A stretch of DNA of 64,000 bases from Klebsormidium nitens (Eukaryota; Plantae; Klebsormidiophyceae). The position numbers were made by a program, and so were the translations under genes. Positions 37,756 through 58,963 of the stretch are shown piece after piece. The notes beneath the pieces were generated by a model. It was not told the origin of the DNA, ran no database searches, and was given only the letters and a program-made list of their open reading frames with translations. The stretch spans positions 1 through 64,000 of the forward strand of contig DF237116.1 in NCBI GenBank assembly GCA_000708835.1. The letters are read 5' to 3'. The first letter of the stretch is position 1. Every line of letters begins with the position of its first letter.

Positions 37756-39639
37756 GGAAAAGCATCGTATCTGGACGGTCCGGTCATTTTCTGTATCATA
37801 AAAGCCCCAAGTCCGAAACGAAACACACTCTTTTCACCGGAAGAGCAAGCACACTGCCGGCAAAGGCCTTTGTCTGCGACATATAGCTGCTGGCAAGTCT
37901 AATCATGAGTAGGGACAGTATTGCCAGGACATTCTTATTGTTCCGTCCGAAAGGTCGAGTTCAAGCAAGCTTTCGGGTCCAGAACGGGTTGTGGCTCATT
38001 GCATTCCTGTTAAATGCATGTTGATAATTGCGATTTCTAAGTTGTGCAGCAAATCCATGATCGTGTAAGACGAGTTAATTGAGACTTAATTAAATGAGTA
38101 GATTGCTTTTCTGATCGTATGATGTGATTGCATACTTGCCAACCATGATGTCTGGCCTGCAATTTTTGACAAAATTTCGAGTCACGAAGCTGGCATAACA
38201 TGACATGTTCCCATGCAAAACGATTGTTGCTCAAGCATTGGCCCGGGAGAGATCGGGGCTGGCCGGCTATTGAACTGGCCGCCCACACGTACAATCACCG
38301 GCGATACTGCCTGTTCCGTGCAATCAAACGAGAGGTACTCGAAATTTCGATCACTACATGAATGAACATTGACGGTTCAGTGAGCTAATCCAGTGAATCC
38401 TACTAAGTAACGCACAACGAGTCCTCAGATGGTTCAAACCACGTTAGTATCATCACGTACCAATGCGTTGTCCGCCCAGCTCGGGCCCTAGCTTTTTCGA
38501 CAGAGTGTTCGATGTCGTTCATTTTAACCATGTGCCGCATGCAGTGATGCAGGCATGTGGGCAGCCTGACCTTCCACATGATGTTTCCAGTCGCCGGAGA
38601 AAATCAACGGCCGGCCCCGTGACCCTAGCTAAGTGTAACCATTGAAGTGAATCTGAGCTAGCTATGCTCCTATGCATACGTTTAAGGAGCTAGCTAGGTA
38701 CGGTATGCATTAGGAGCTAGCTATGAAGGCTATGAAGGCTAGCTTGCAACTTCAAGGCTCAAGGGCCAAGGCTCAAGCTTGTATTAGAGTCCGTACCGTG
38801 CGGATCATTACGTTTGCGCTATAAAAGCCTAAAATTCCGGCATTCAGGTTCTGTTTGTGCACAAGTTTGCGCAATAAAGTCGCACGGGGGCAAAGTCCGT
38901 GTACGGATCAGTCGAACGAGTCACGTGGGAAATACGTTTTGTTCTCAGCTGCGGTTGCTTCTCACCCCGGGTCCCCGTCGCCCGACCCAAGCCTTGAATT
39001 GAAACCTAGAATGGTAACGACGATATCTACGCAGGAGCTAGTGCGTCAGTAGGTTTTCACCGTCGAAGAAAGCCCCGGACGGTTGAGCTGCAAAGCTGGT
39101 CGCGTTCGGAGCGCCCACGGATTTGCCGGGCCAAGAATCTCAAAATGTACGACACATTATACTAACTCCTCCGTACCCCATACTCCGCCGGGTACTACCA
39201 ACTTCACGCCGATATGACACCAAACACGCCCGGTCCCGCATAGCAGGGTTTGGTGTGACCCGGCATTGAGTACCTAACAGATAGTGTACCAAGCCAACTG
39301 GGTGCGACGATCGGATTCAGCTTGCGAAACGCACATGCCGAGCGCGAAGGGTGCGCCAAACAAAATGAAGATCCGCTGTGATCGAACAAAACACTGTTCA
39401 AATGATCCTGCAGACGGCATGCCTCTTAGAGACCAGCTGATAATTCATCAGCAGGGGGCTTCCACACTTCATGCAGAAGGGAAAACAAACAAACCGCCAA
39501 GACTCCTCTGGTCTCGACTTAGCAGTGACGCATCCTGCAAAGGCGCATCCGCTTTTGGCTTTCTGCGCTAGCTAAGAGCTTCTTACCGCTGTACTTTTGG
39601 CTGCAGCAATTACGATGATGTGACAACCTCGACTCTGCC

Positions 39640-39646
39640 TATAAAA
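39640..39646 (+). promoter_or_regulatory. Candidate TATA box of the root-cap-domain gene
   Basis: cTATAAAAg about 240 nt upstream of the ATG at 39881; position only, no transcript support. Confidence 0.35.
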
Positions 39647-39880
39647 GCTGCCGCCAGCTGTGTTCGCTGTCATTTCATTCTTCAATTCTTGGTAGCTCCG
39701 CCAGCAATTAGTGCAAAATCTGGCTCTTCAGCTCTCTGTATTCGCTCCATCATCTTCCTAGCTGCACAGCTTTTCCTCCTCGAAGCATCCGCCTTCAACA
39801 TCTTTTCCAGCTCACATTCTCCTTGCGCAGCGTACTTCTCTATTCTTTCTCCTCGACCAAGATCAACCCTTTCCCAAGCA

Positions 39881-42800
39881 ATGGCGCCCCGTCTGAGCTC
39901 CAGCTGGATCCTCCTCGCCGCAATCCTGGCCGTCCACGTGGCAGCCGCCGCCGCCAAGGACTGCACCATCTGCAAGAACTCGGTGTCGACTCCCTCCGAC
40001 ACGAACGCAAACTGCTACACATCTGGCCTAGACCAAAGCACCGACAGCTGTACGGTACTGCTGGCCAGCTACTACTGCGACCTCTGCAAGCCCAACGGAG
40101 ACGCGACGGCCGACGGCAACTGCGCGTGCAAGAAGACGTGCGAGCCGGTCGGAGGCTCTGGGAAGAACAAGGTGTACTGCACCTGCCGCCCCAAGTCCAC
40201 CACGCCGGGTGAGTCGCTTGTATCCTATCTTTTTGTTTCTATCTATACTTGTCTCCGGTTTTGGAAGAGGCTGAGGTGTCCGCTGAGGTCAGCAAAAAAG
40301 GCAAGCTGGTAATATTGCACCTGCCACACAAGTGAATCTACTTCAGTCATCGCTCGTGAGACCTTTTCCAACAACGCCTTGCCTTGTTTCCTCTTGAGAG
40401 CTGAGCTGTTAAAAAGGTTATATAGTCTTTGGGGGAAAGTAAAGTCTTGGGAGAACCCATGGGAGTTGGAGCTCCAAGGCCCTTGTTTTAAGAGAGCCAA
40501 GTAGTTGGTTTAGATTAGTTCTTGGGTCAACCGATTGCCAGGGACCAATGGTTTGCATGCTGCAAGGCCATGCCCTACATACAGTGCTGAGGTGTCCATG
40601 TCTTTTCTTGTCTTCTTGCTTCTCTGATCCCGCGTTCAGCAAAACCTTGTAGAAACTTGACAAGTTTTGTGCGGGGACTTTTCGTGCGAGATTCCCAACC
40701 TGACTTGTGTAAAACACCTGCTTTGAAATACACTGAGAGAATCTGCACAACCAAATCACAAACCTCCCGATAAGCATGCAAGAGCCCAGCGACGGGTCAG
40801 CTCGAGTCCTTTTAGGTTTGTAATCTTGCATCTTTTAGCTTTTTAGAAGCTCACACAAAACCAAGTTTTCCTTGGACCTAAGCAAGGATTCTTGCAAGGT
40901 TTGGCTCTTATGGTTCGTTGTGACGCTGAATCTTCCGAGAACTTCGTTGCTGTTTCTGATCTGGGTCCTTAACTTTTTTCCAGGTGTCTGCGCTGATCCC
41001 CACTTCACTGGAGCATACGGAATCCAGTATGACTTCCATGGGGTTCCAGGTACGCCCTTCCACCTTCTTTCTCAAAGAATAAGAAAACGAGCTGCAAAGA
41101 AAGCAGGTATTGGGTAAATTCAGACGCACCCTGAACACACTTGTTTTGCTTGTTCTGAGCTTCCACCTAGAGACCTGAGGATCCTTTTGATTCTTCGGGT
41201 GTTTTGTGGTAGGGGCTTAACCTTGGAGTTGCATCTTGGTCGCTTTATGCGCTTCAGAACATTCCAAGGCAGGACCTTGCTCCAAGTAAGCATCTTTAGT
41301 GGTAGAGCAACACGACGACAGCTACTACTTGTTTATCTTTTGCTGCTGGTCCTTGACCATAAAGAGCAGGATGGTGCTCAATTCCGAAGTTTCGGACTGG
41401 TCACGTCTTCATTTGATACCAGCCACCGTGGCTCATCAACGTTAGTTCAGAAACCATTACCTTTCTGCTTACTTTTGTCCTGTTTCATTTCTGTCCCGCA
41501 GACAAACACTTTACACTCATCACCGACAGAGACCTCAACCTGAACGCCGAGTTCATCGGTCAGGACGGAACCGAGACCGGTTTCGACGGCACCTGGATCT
41601 CTGCGCTTGGGATCAAGTGGAACGAAGGAGCGCTCACGCGCAAGCTGTCAATCTTCCTCAAAGACGTGAGCAATGCCTTCTACTTTTACTGCGTCTGGAA
41701 TTGATATCAGAGACAGTTGAGAGTTTGTGATCGTAGTTTCAAATCTCGATGGCGGAAGCTCGAGACAAAGCTTGAATAACAAGGTTCAAACAAAGCTGGT
41801 GAGCTTCATAGGGCGGTGGCAGGATTTCTTTTTGAACATAGTCAAGAGCTCGAATGCTTTGAGTCGCCCATGTCAGTACAGCCAATCCGCTGAAAGGAAC
41901 TGATTCTCCGTATTTGTGAAAATTGACCTCGGCAAGGGGACGTCCGGTCTGGAACCACAATCCTCTAATCTCCAGACCTGTCCGTTCTGCGGTGGTTTCA
42001 ATCTATCTCGTTAGCCCCCAAAGATACTTCATCCCCTTCTTCTGGTTCTCTCCCCTACCTCTTCCTTTCTCTTTTAAAAGAGGACATTGGAACCTCCGCA
42101 CGTCCAACTCTCGTTTGAGTCCTGTATCCTGCCACGTCTTATCTTATACGTTCTTTTGACGTTCTGCTGACACGTGTCCGTCTCTCTGCGCCTCAGGATG
42201 CCGACATCCGCACCAGCCAGGACCCGTTCATCGTCAAGCTGGGCGACACCGAGGTCCTCCCACCCCTCGTTGCTGACGTCAGCGACCCCCTGGCCATATA
42301 CGACGACGCCGGGCTTATTATAAGGCGCGCCACCGACGGGCGCACGTATGTCTTTGACATTCCGCACCACATGATTCTGGGGGTCACTGCGGCGGATCAC
42401 GAGTTCCCGACCGGAAACCACATGGACATCACCCTGGAGAAGCTGAACGTCACTGGTGGGTTTTACTTCTACTTTAGTTTTCGAAGGTCGGCCAACCTTG
42501 TTTCATCGTTTCTAAGCACGTGTTGGAACGCTGTGAAACTGTTTCGACAAGAAGGAATGCAGTGTTTGAGAAGTCGCATAAAGCAAGGCTGTACTTCTTT
42601 TGTAGTTTGTCGATACTGGATCATAGCTGTGCTCAAAGGCAGACAAAGTTCCTTTGCGGTGTAAACAGCTTGCCAAGCAATTGCAACCGCTGCCAATCAA
42701 CCAGTTGCCAGAGCGTAATCTTCAAAGTGCAGTCTGCGCGTTCACGGCTCGCCTGTTCTTTTTTCTCTTCCTTCTACGAATCGTCAAGTCCCCCTTCCAT

Positions 42801-43310
42801 CTCTCGTCCTAACTTGAGAATCTCCATTGCACACGTTGCTCCGTCTGAAACGCGGTCCCTAAGTGGGACGGCGGTGGCTGGCTAAGAAAATCTGACGGAC
42901 CTTATCAATATCGTCTTTGTTCTCACTCCAAAAAGTTCCTTCGGCGAGTATTGACGCATTTTCCGCTCCCTCCTTTCCTTCCAGGCACCGTGCACGGCGC
43001 CCTCGGCCAAACCTTCGCCGACGCGCGCCGCGCCGCCCTCAAGGCCGCGGCCGCGGCCGTCGGCACGAGCGAGCGCTTCGACGCGACTGACGTCGTCGAG
43101 GGCAAGGACGCCGACTACATGACGTCAGCCCTGCTCGCGAGCGACGCGCGCTTCAACCGGTTCCAGCTCCCGGGCACCGGCGCGGAAATTCTGAAGCAGA
43201 ACGTGCTGCGCAAACTGCTCGGGAGGGCGACCGCACCTACCGAGAGTCTGGTACCGGGGCTGGTTCGGTGCGCGAGTGGGCCGGGCGGGAAGCTGACGTG
43301 TGACTTCTAG
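39881..43310 (+). CDS. Secreted root-cap / LEA-related domain protein with a Cys-rich N-terminal module
   Basis: Exons 39881-40208, 40984-41049, 41502-41665, 42197-42455, 42985-43310, phase-consistent. Signal peptide; CADPHFTGAYGIQYDFHG, LITDRDLNLNAEFIG, TWISALGI, VHGALGQTF, VEGKDADYMTSALL. Confidence 0.85.
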
Positions 43311-44771
43311 ACGCGCGGCGGGAAGATGGCGTCAGGACGTGGAGCTAGGAGCGGCGAGAAACAGAGCTGGTCAGGGGTCAATGACGATTTGAGAAAATAA
43401 AAACAAAATAAATGATTGCACATGAGAAGTAGAGCTGGTTTGTGGAACAATGATCAACGGTTAGAAATGATGAACAGTCCTGAAGTGGTTATTTGAAGTG
43501 GATGAGCGCTTCGAATGAGATCGCTTAGAAGACGTGGGCAGATTTAGATACAATGAGTAATGCTCCCTCGTTACACGCGAGTCACTTTCGTTTCCAACTA
43601 TCCCATCGAGTAGAAGGGTTGAGTGTACCGAATAGAGTGCTGCCACTCATTGAGGGTTAGTGAGCAATAAGCTGGGTGCCCATTATGGCTCCGACATGAA
43701 CATGCTGAGAAACGAACCAAATATAAAGACCAGAGAAGATGGAACAATCAGACGGGTTGCAGACGGTATGCCGAGAAACTTAGCGTTGGCAATAACATTG
43801 ACGATCGCACAAAATTAGAGAGTTTGATTTCACGACAGGTCAGTGCTTGAGTCTTCGACAGTGCAAGAGAGGCTTGGAACCTGGAACGAACGGAGAAAGC
43901 TTTGCATGGTTCAACGATTATGAGCGCAAGACCAGAACCACTGCTCAATCATTCTGCACTCTTGACCGCATACGTACATACTTCTGATGAAGCTAGTTAA
44001 ACGCTCTGTCAGAGCTACCTACCTGATTGGAGCGATCAGTGCACGTCGTAATTGCATGCCAGGGGGCGTTGATCGAAAGACCCACCCCTGATCCCGCACC
44101 GAAGCCGACGTACGGTCGTCACATGAAATCTGCGTACAAATGTGCAGGGACTTGGGATGGAAAACTTCATTGCTCATGCAGAGCGAATGTTATGGCAGGG
44201 AGGAGGCCTTCAAATTCCCGGCGCCGATTGAGTTACAAAATAGCCCATGGCAATATGGTCTGAGGCCCTTCTACGCACGTCGACCGTTATGTTGGTTTCG
44301 ACAGGCCTGGCCCGTATTGCATGCGTCCCAGAAAGGCGGGAAGTTTACAGACTATCGTCGAAACTCGTTATATTGGAACTGAATGCAATGCAATAAGCAC
44401 CGAGACTGGCCGCCGCTGCAGCCCGTTTATCGGGCGCACGAGCATGATAGCTTTGCTTTGCAGGGTTTTCACGTGCCTCGCTGAAACACGTCGGACAATA
44501 GATAGTCGCCCGAAAGAAAGCCCGAAAGAAAGCCGTTGTGTGTGCATGCTATTCCAAGCCTACAGCAAAACGCACGACTTTAATCGTCAGTGCAATGAGG
44601 GCCAAAATTTGTTGTTACAGATTCATACGGTCACTGAAAGGGATCTGCCGCCTAAACACAACCACCTCCTCGTCCTTTTCGACGATCTGCGTCGATTGCT
44701 TACCTGCAACAATCACGGTCCGTGTCACGAAAGCGGGGCTTCTTGATTCATATTTGCACGTTTTCAGGATA

Positions 44772-44967
44772 CTGGCAACTCTTGCTTTCACTAACCGCAG
44801 CTTTCACTAAGATAAAGGAGCCCCGGGCACCTCAACTAAGAACCCTTACCTATGTAATGACCCGCTCCGCACCCGTACCCACCCTAACCCCCAAACTAGC
44901 CCCACCCGTCCCCCGGGTGCCTGTCTTAGTGAAAGCTGTCGTAATTAGTGAAAGGAAGAGTTGCCAG
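44772..44967 (-). mobile_element. Fold-back element, same core as 34135 but with different arms
   Basis: Core 44860-44912 matches the reverse complement of 34184-34236 at 50/53. Arms ctggcaactcttgctttcactaaccgcagctttcactaaga and tcttagtgaaagctgtcgtaattagtgaaaggaagagttgccag. Confidence 0.8.
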
Positions 44968-46440
44968 AGTGTTTTCAGGGTCGGTTCCGCACGCGATGCC
45001 GTATCGGCCCCCCCCAACCATAGCGTTTGAGCTTTCGCTGCGAGGACATTCGCGGAGGCATCAGTTGCTAGCAAGCGATGGACGTTGTGTCTGAACTCTT
45101 GAACTCATTAATGCTTCATGACTAAGTACAACTCAAAAGTCAGGTACTTTGTCTCTCAGCAAAACGGAGCCGAGACAGTTGCTCGATTCGCGAGCTTCTG
45201 AATTCGTAATGACGAGATGCATTCCTCGTTTCGCCGCGGGATGCCTCTACGCTTCTCATTCTCGGCCAGTAAGAATCGAAGGCCGGGGGCTGCAATCGAA
45301 GGATGGATAGCACTTATTAATCAGGAAAAGGGATCTGACAGACCAAACAGATTTGAGTGATTCTGTCATATAATCTCGAGGCCGTCAATCAAAACGTGCG
45401 GTTAGATTGTACTGACGTCAGATTTTCACCTTGTTTTGACGAAGCTGACAGCGGTATATACTGCGTCCAACATTGCAAGCTAGGGCATGACAGCATTATG
45501 TCAGACTCGAAGTTCGACGTCAATCAGAAGGGTATTACGTAAAGCTCGTCGAGGATTTTCAGCCCATCCTTAGAATCAGAGGGAAGGTTCAAATACAGAG
45601 GTGAACACCACCAGCGAACACCAAGTTGTTTCGGAGCAGTGGGGCTTCTGTGACCAGGCTGAAAAGCTTAGCACCAGTTTTGGAGAACGACTGTGCCCGC
45701 CCCTAGGCCGGCGCTCGGGCGGCCCCTTGTGGCTGATTGGCACTTCCAAAATGGTTCGAAACCATCGATTATTAGTGACTAGCTAGTACAAGCCTGGTCA
45801 TTGCCGGGGTGCTATGTTTGCTTTGTAATCTGTTATAATTTCGCATAACATATTTGCCAAATATGTTATAATAATATGTTATAATAGCAAATTTTGCTGC
45901 GATCCCTCAATGCGAAGAAAGATGAAGCAAGGTTATCTAGCCGTAGCTCACGAGCTAAACGCATTTCCCTGATAATAATCTGCAGGCTGTAATCAATAAT
46001 GCACTCGCCAGCTGGGCCTGCTTCATTCCGCTGAGACGCGGGCCCCGGCGCCTCGCGGCCGCGAACGGTCCATCTAAGTTCACGGCCGGCCCTGGATTCC
46101 CACGTGGACACCGTAATCTTGACTGTCAAGCACAGCCGTCGATCCCCTATCCGAATGATTAACGGACGGCTCAAACTGGCTATCAAGCCAACAGGAGGGG
46201 AATCTTCGCTGAACGTCGGCCAGCTGGCGGCTTGACAAAGCGCTGGATCAAGATTTGGAGATCTGCGTGAAGAGAAGCTTCCAAAGTTTTGCTTGCTGTG
46301 CAAAAGTTCGTTCTTTCTTCCCTCTTGTTTGAAAGAATACTCCGCTCCTTTCAAGTTCCCGCATTGCTGAGTTTGGGCGACATCCAAGGGCAGAAGGTTT
46401 GACCGCTCAAAGTTCTTTGCATCTGCGTTGTTTGTGAAAG

Positions 46441-54402
<7,962 letters not shown>

Positions 54403-57400
54403 AGACCTAAATTTTGTGACGGAAGGGCTATATCTCCATACCAAGTCGATAGAAAGTCAGTGTCATGCGTCTATTTTGTATGTTACGTCATGTGTTGAGG
54501 GAGTGTGATGAGTGCGCGTTGATTGATTGAGGCGCCATCCGGCAGACAAGTGCTGCATGCGGAGATACTGATACTGTGTTGGAAAGGGACTGTCGGGAGA
54601 GCTCCGTCCCGAGCGGGAGGGCCCGGTTTGTGATGTCTCGTATTTGATCTTTAAGCCACCAGAACCACGAATTGAGAGTCCGTTCGCTGTGGCAAGTTTG
54701 ACATAGAAAAACGTTTAAGAAGCGAAGTAGTGACCCACTTCGTCAATCATAGTTGCTGATAGGGAAAATGCGGTCGACGGTATACAGTGACTTCAAAGGT
54801 TTCTGCATTGTTGGATCCAAGTTTTGCAAGTGTCCCGGCGGCGGTGGGATCGATATAATGCCAGGCCCACTGCATGCTGACAAATGACTTGCTATGGCTC
54901 GCGACGGCAGCGCGGGCCATGAATGTTTGAGCCCGGCACGGAGTGCCGTGCGTAACCGACGGTGAATTGATGTTCGTATGGTTTGGCTCAACTTTAGCAT
55001 GCCTGGCAGCCTGGTGCCGCGGCCACTGTCTGGCAGCGAGCGGGCCTGGATTCAGCTGGCCGACGAGCGGAGTCCGCGCTTCGAACATCACCAGTCATGG
55101 CATTCTGCATTGCTTGGCTTCCAGTGCATCACCGATTGAATTAACGTATCTGCGCTCGTTTCTAGTAGCCTGTGTTGTGTAAGCTAAAACCCAGATCCAA
55201 GCATGTTTGTTTGGCGCGGCGGCCTGCATGTACGTGCATGCAATACGATGCGTTGCGCCTGTGTTAATGACAATAAGAAAGTAGGAATCAAATACGGGTG
55301 TTTGGCATGTTGGATGAGTCTCGATCATGCATGCACATGCAGTGGCACTGAGTCCTGATATTATGTAGCTAGGATATCACATGTGCAGCGCATATCATTA
55401 TATACGATCGATCCTTGAGGAAGTCGAGGGCCTCATCATTCATTGCCAGTTGGACGTGTCGAATAAAAGCGCGCAAAAAATTAGACCTTCGAAGGTGGTT
55501 CTTAACGGTTCAAGCTGTCAAGCTGGATATATACCATATTAAGAGCTATTCAATTACATGCTGGCATGAAAGATCTTGTAACTGATGTTGGCAACATATC
55601 TTCAAATACGTCGGACGGGCCCAGGCTCGTCACATTGGCATGCTGGTTAAACTTGACTAGAATTCACAGAGTGACTGCTTATGCATGATCGAAAGACAAG
55701 AAAGCAGCCTGTCACCGGGGCGGCTAAGTTCTGTTACCATCGGAGACCCGGCCGGCGTCTCACCGCGCGGCCCGGCCGACACTGGACAAATTCCAAGTTT
55801 ACGGTGCGGTCTCATCTGTATGAAACCGATCGGGGTTTCTCCCGCGAGCGTATGTAAGGGCCGCTAGATTTTGTTTGTCTTCATCTACGATGGTCACGAA
55901 GGATCGTGCCTAGCTAGTCTCAAGAAGACCTCCTACCACCTTTTTAGCTGTCTCGAGTCGTGTACTAGGATCCAGTCATATAGCCCAGCTTTACGTCATG
56001 TCTTTCACGACTCTTTTCCGTGAAAGAGACGTTTAACCAGGCTCGCTAGTAAGAGTCAACCATAACTGCTTGTTCCGTGGTCCCATATACGTTATGGTAC
56101 CGTCCCATAACGTATACTAATGGGAAGTCGGCGGTCCCATACGGAACTTACACGAACGTACTGACGAACTAGAGTAATCCTGTACATCAAGGCTGCTGTT
56201 GTCCAGCTGGTGCCGCTTCAGTTTAGCAGAAGGTATAGCATCCGGCCATGAAGTTGTGTAACCAGATCTGCCAAGCATAAGTAAGAATTTCGGATCTCTG
56301 AATTGCTTAAGAGCCAAATGTTTCTTGATGCAAGTCCTGGCTTTTAAGGACTGATATGTCAAACTCGGAAGCGGGCGCATTATGAAAGGTCCTAGTAACC
56401 AACAGTACATGGACGAATGAGACAGCTATAGTAGTTGTGGCGTTCGAAGCGATTCATCCTAAAGCAAGAATTTTGTTCAAAGCTGTTTCTGCCCGCCGTC
56501 ACGCCATACTTTCCTCGAGGATGATCATCTTCATGAACGTACGTCTTTCTTGAGACGCTGATCCGCAAGGGGATTGGTCCAGATACCGAGAGAACATACT
56601 TTGATAAGAAGTTACGTTTCATCTTGTTCATCGAAGCTCATTGAACGTTGGCAAAACTTTGATATGCAACGAAGGGGGGAGAACTTCATGTAACCATTGA
56701 GCCCTTGCTCCCTTCCTTCTTCTTCTCCAACCTTCAGTTCCTCTTAAGTGCTCAATCGTTGAGGTTTTCCCCGTTTGCCCGGATGCACTGCAGAACAATC
56801 AAGCTACTTTCTAACATTGTACCATCGATATGCACGTGTTTCAATCATCCCAGAACCAGCTCATTCTGTGCCAGCAGATTTGTTTACAGCCTTGAATCAA
56901 CGATGTATCTCTCAACAGTACTCAGCTTCAACCTCATGAGCCAAATCAGGCCACTTCCCAATCTTTGCGCATGGTTTTGATCAGACTTTTCAGAGGTTCC
57001 GAAAGAGTGGCTGGACAGTCCACAAAACCGGCTGCCTGAGTCCACAAAGATCTGTTGCGCAGAACCGGTTGCATGCTCGAGACTTGTGTCGGAACTGGGC
57101 TGTTATTCTGTCGAAAATTCTAGAAAGTCTATTCTCTCTCCAAGCAGAAGTCACCAACAAAACATCTGTTGAGCAATTGATTCTGTTCAATGTTTCACCC
57201 TCCTCGCAGCAGCCTTGATCCGCAAAAGGAGACTTCAAAGGCCTCTGTCGAGTTGTTGACGCGATTGAAGGCAAAGTACTGAAAGGCCCTTGATTCGCCA
57301 TAGAGCCTGAATGAGCATGACGAACAAAACTGTTCAGAAACAGAGTGTCAAAAGCTCAACTCACCAACAGATCAGCCACTCGTCATGGCAGGTGCGCAAA

Positions 57401-57588
57401 ACAAGTCTTTTGAAGGTTCCTACCCAGTGGTTGACCTAAGCAAAGGCAACGTACTGAAATGCTCCTGCATCGCCGTAGAATCCGAAAGAGTACCGCAGTA
57501 AACAAAACTGAAAAGAAAACAGAGTGTCAAACTGAGCTCAACTCACCGACAAACCCACTCGTCATCAGCCCCCGCCCGGTTCCATCTT

Positions 57589-57876
57589 TCACACCTTATG
57601 CATGACATGCATCTGGGGCTTCGGAGGCGCCGGCACCAAGAAGCTTTCTCCCGCAGGGATGCAGCAGAACCAGTGGCGGGTTTGGTTAACCCGCACAAAC
57701 CCGTTGCCCTCGTCCTGGCGGTCAACGTCAACGCGCCAGCTGCACGTCAGCAGCCGGAAGATCCCGTTGATGACGCCACACGCGAGCATGACGGGCAAGC
57801 AGGGGAGCACGATCAGGAACACGCGGCAGCAGTCGCAGCCTAGTCCGAAGCATCCGACGTCCTTGCGGGCGTCCAT
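57589..57876 (-). CDS. Small (95 aa) Cys-rich putative membrane protein of unknown function
   Basis: ccgcaaATGG start context, visibly GC3-rich codons, MDARKDVGCFGLGCDCCRVFLIVLPCLPVMLACGVINGIFRLLTCSW..., one hydrophobic segment; GTGAGT donor 42 nt after the stop. No family recognised. Confidence 0.6.
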   Translation of the reverse strand: MDARKDVGCFGLGCDCCRVFLIVLPCLPVMLACGVINGIFRLLTCSWRVDVDRQDEGNGFVRVNQTRHWFCCIPAGESFLVPAPPKPQMHVMHKV

Positions 57877-58746
57877 TTGCGGCGGCAATTAAGGAGCTTA
57901 TAAGCTGCCGATCAGGCGCCTCCTGGAGCGGTAGATAAGGCCCCAGTGGAGAATGCTAGCGCTGCCAAGTTCGAGGCTTCAACCTGGCAGCCAAGTTCAA
58001 GCTTCAACCTAAGCTAGTGAAGCGACGTGAAGAGTCTGCCAAAGTCCAGTGCCGAGTCGAGTCTGCTCGGCGCTGCAAAGATATTCAGATTATTCCGGGC
58101 CTGCTTTAGAAACGTCACGCCCAAAAAAGTTGAGCCCTTCACTCCCCTACTCAGAGCCCGCTGTCCCTTGGGTACGTGTGTTAAGACTGTAGAACCATCT
58201 CTGTGCCGCGCGGTGTGACTTCAGCACGGACTATAAAGCAGCCAAAGCTAGACTCACATGATAAGTGCCGCAATCAATCAATCAGCATGTGAATCTTCTC
58301 GTTTATTCGGCATTACCAGTAGATTTTCCATTCTGTCCTCCTGTCCTCCTCATGCGTCAGTAAGCTGCATGTATTGTGCAGAAGAAATATTAGTGTGAGA
58401 GAAAGGGAGGTGATTTGACAAGAGAGAGGGATTACAGCCCTCCCTCTATCGCCTACGTTTCCTTACTCAGGTTCCGCGTTAAGATTTGAAGGGGGATTGC
58501 TCACTCCGAGCGTCAGGCCAGTGTAACAGGAACCTCGGCGCTCATGATAGGGTGATCCCTCGCAACTGCAGGCCGCCACGGGGCAACTTGCAAGTTGCAA
58601 GCCAGCTTTCAAAATTCAAGGTGCATGGTGACATTGGAATTTAATGAGCACACTTCTGCAGCATGATTGATGCATGATTGCTGATTGCATTGCTGGCAGC
58701 TAAAAACTGTTGTCGCTTGGCAATCAGGTATTATAGAGCTTCTCGT

Positions 58747-58963
58747 CAGTGCTTGCCACCAACTTTCACCGGTGCCGGCTGTCTACCGGCCCTCCTACAT
58801 TTCTACCGGCTGGCAACACGGACTAAAGCACCGGGCGCCGGTTTTGCCTAGGCCCCCAACATCTTTTGCCGGCTGTCCAGCCGGTGGGGTGCCTTCGGCA
58901 CCGGTGCATCTGTCATTTCTGCCGGCCAGGTCCAGATTGAACACCGGTTCGTGGCAAGCACTG
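58747..58963. mobile_element. hAT-type MITE with 8-bp target-site duplication
   Basis: Perfect 13-bp TIR CAGTGCTTGCCAC (58747-58759) / GTGGCAAGCACTG (58951-58963); identical flanks CTTCTCGT at 58739-58746 and 58964-58971; CCGG-rich interior. Confidence 0.88.

Noticed and set aside
45700-45770. tggttcgaaacca T-loop-like hairpin
   Set aside because: No D-arm, anticodon arm or acceptor stem.
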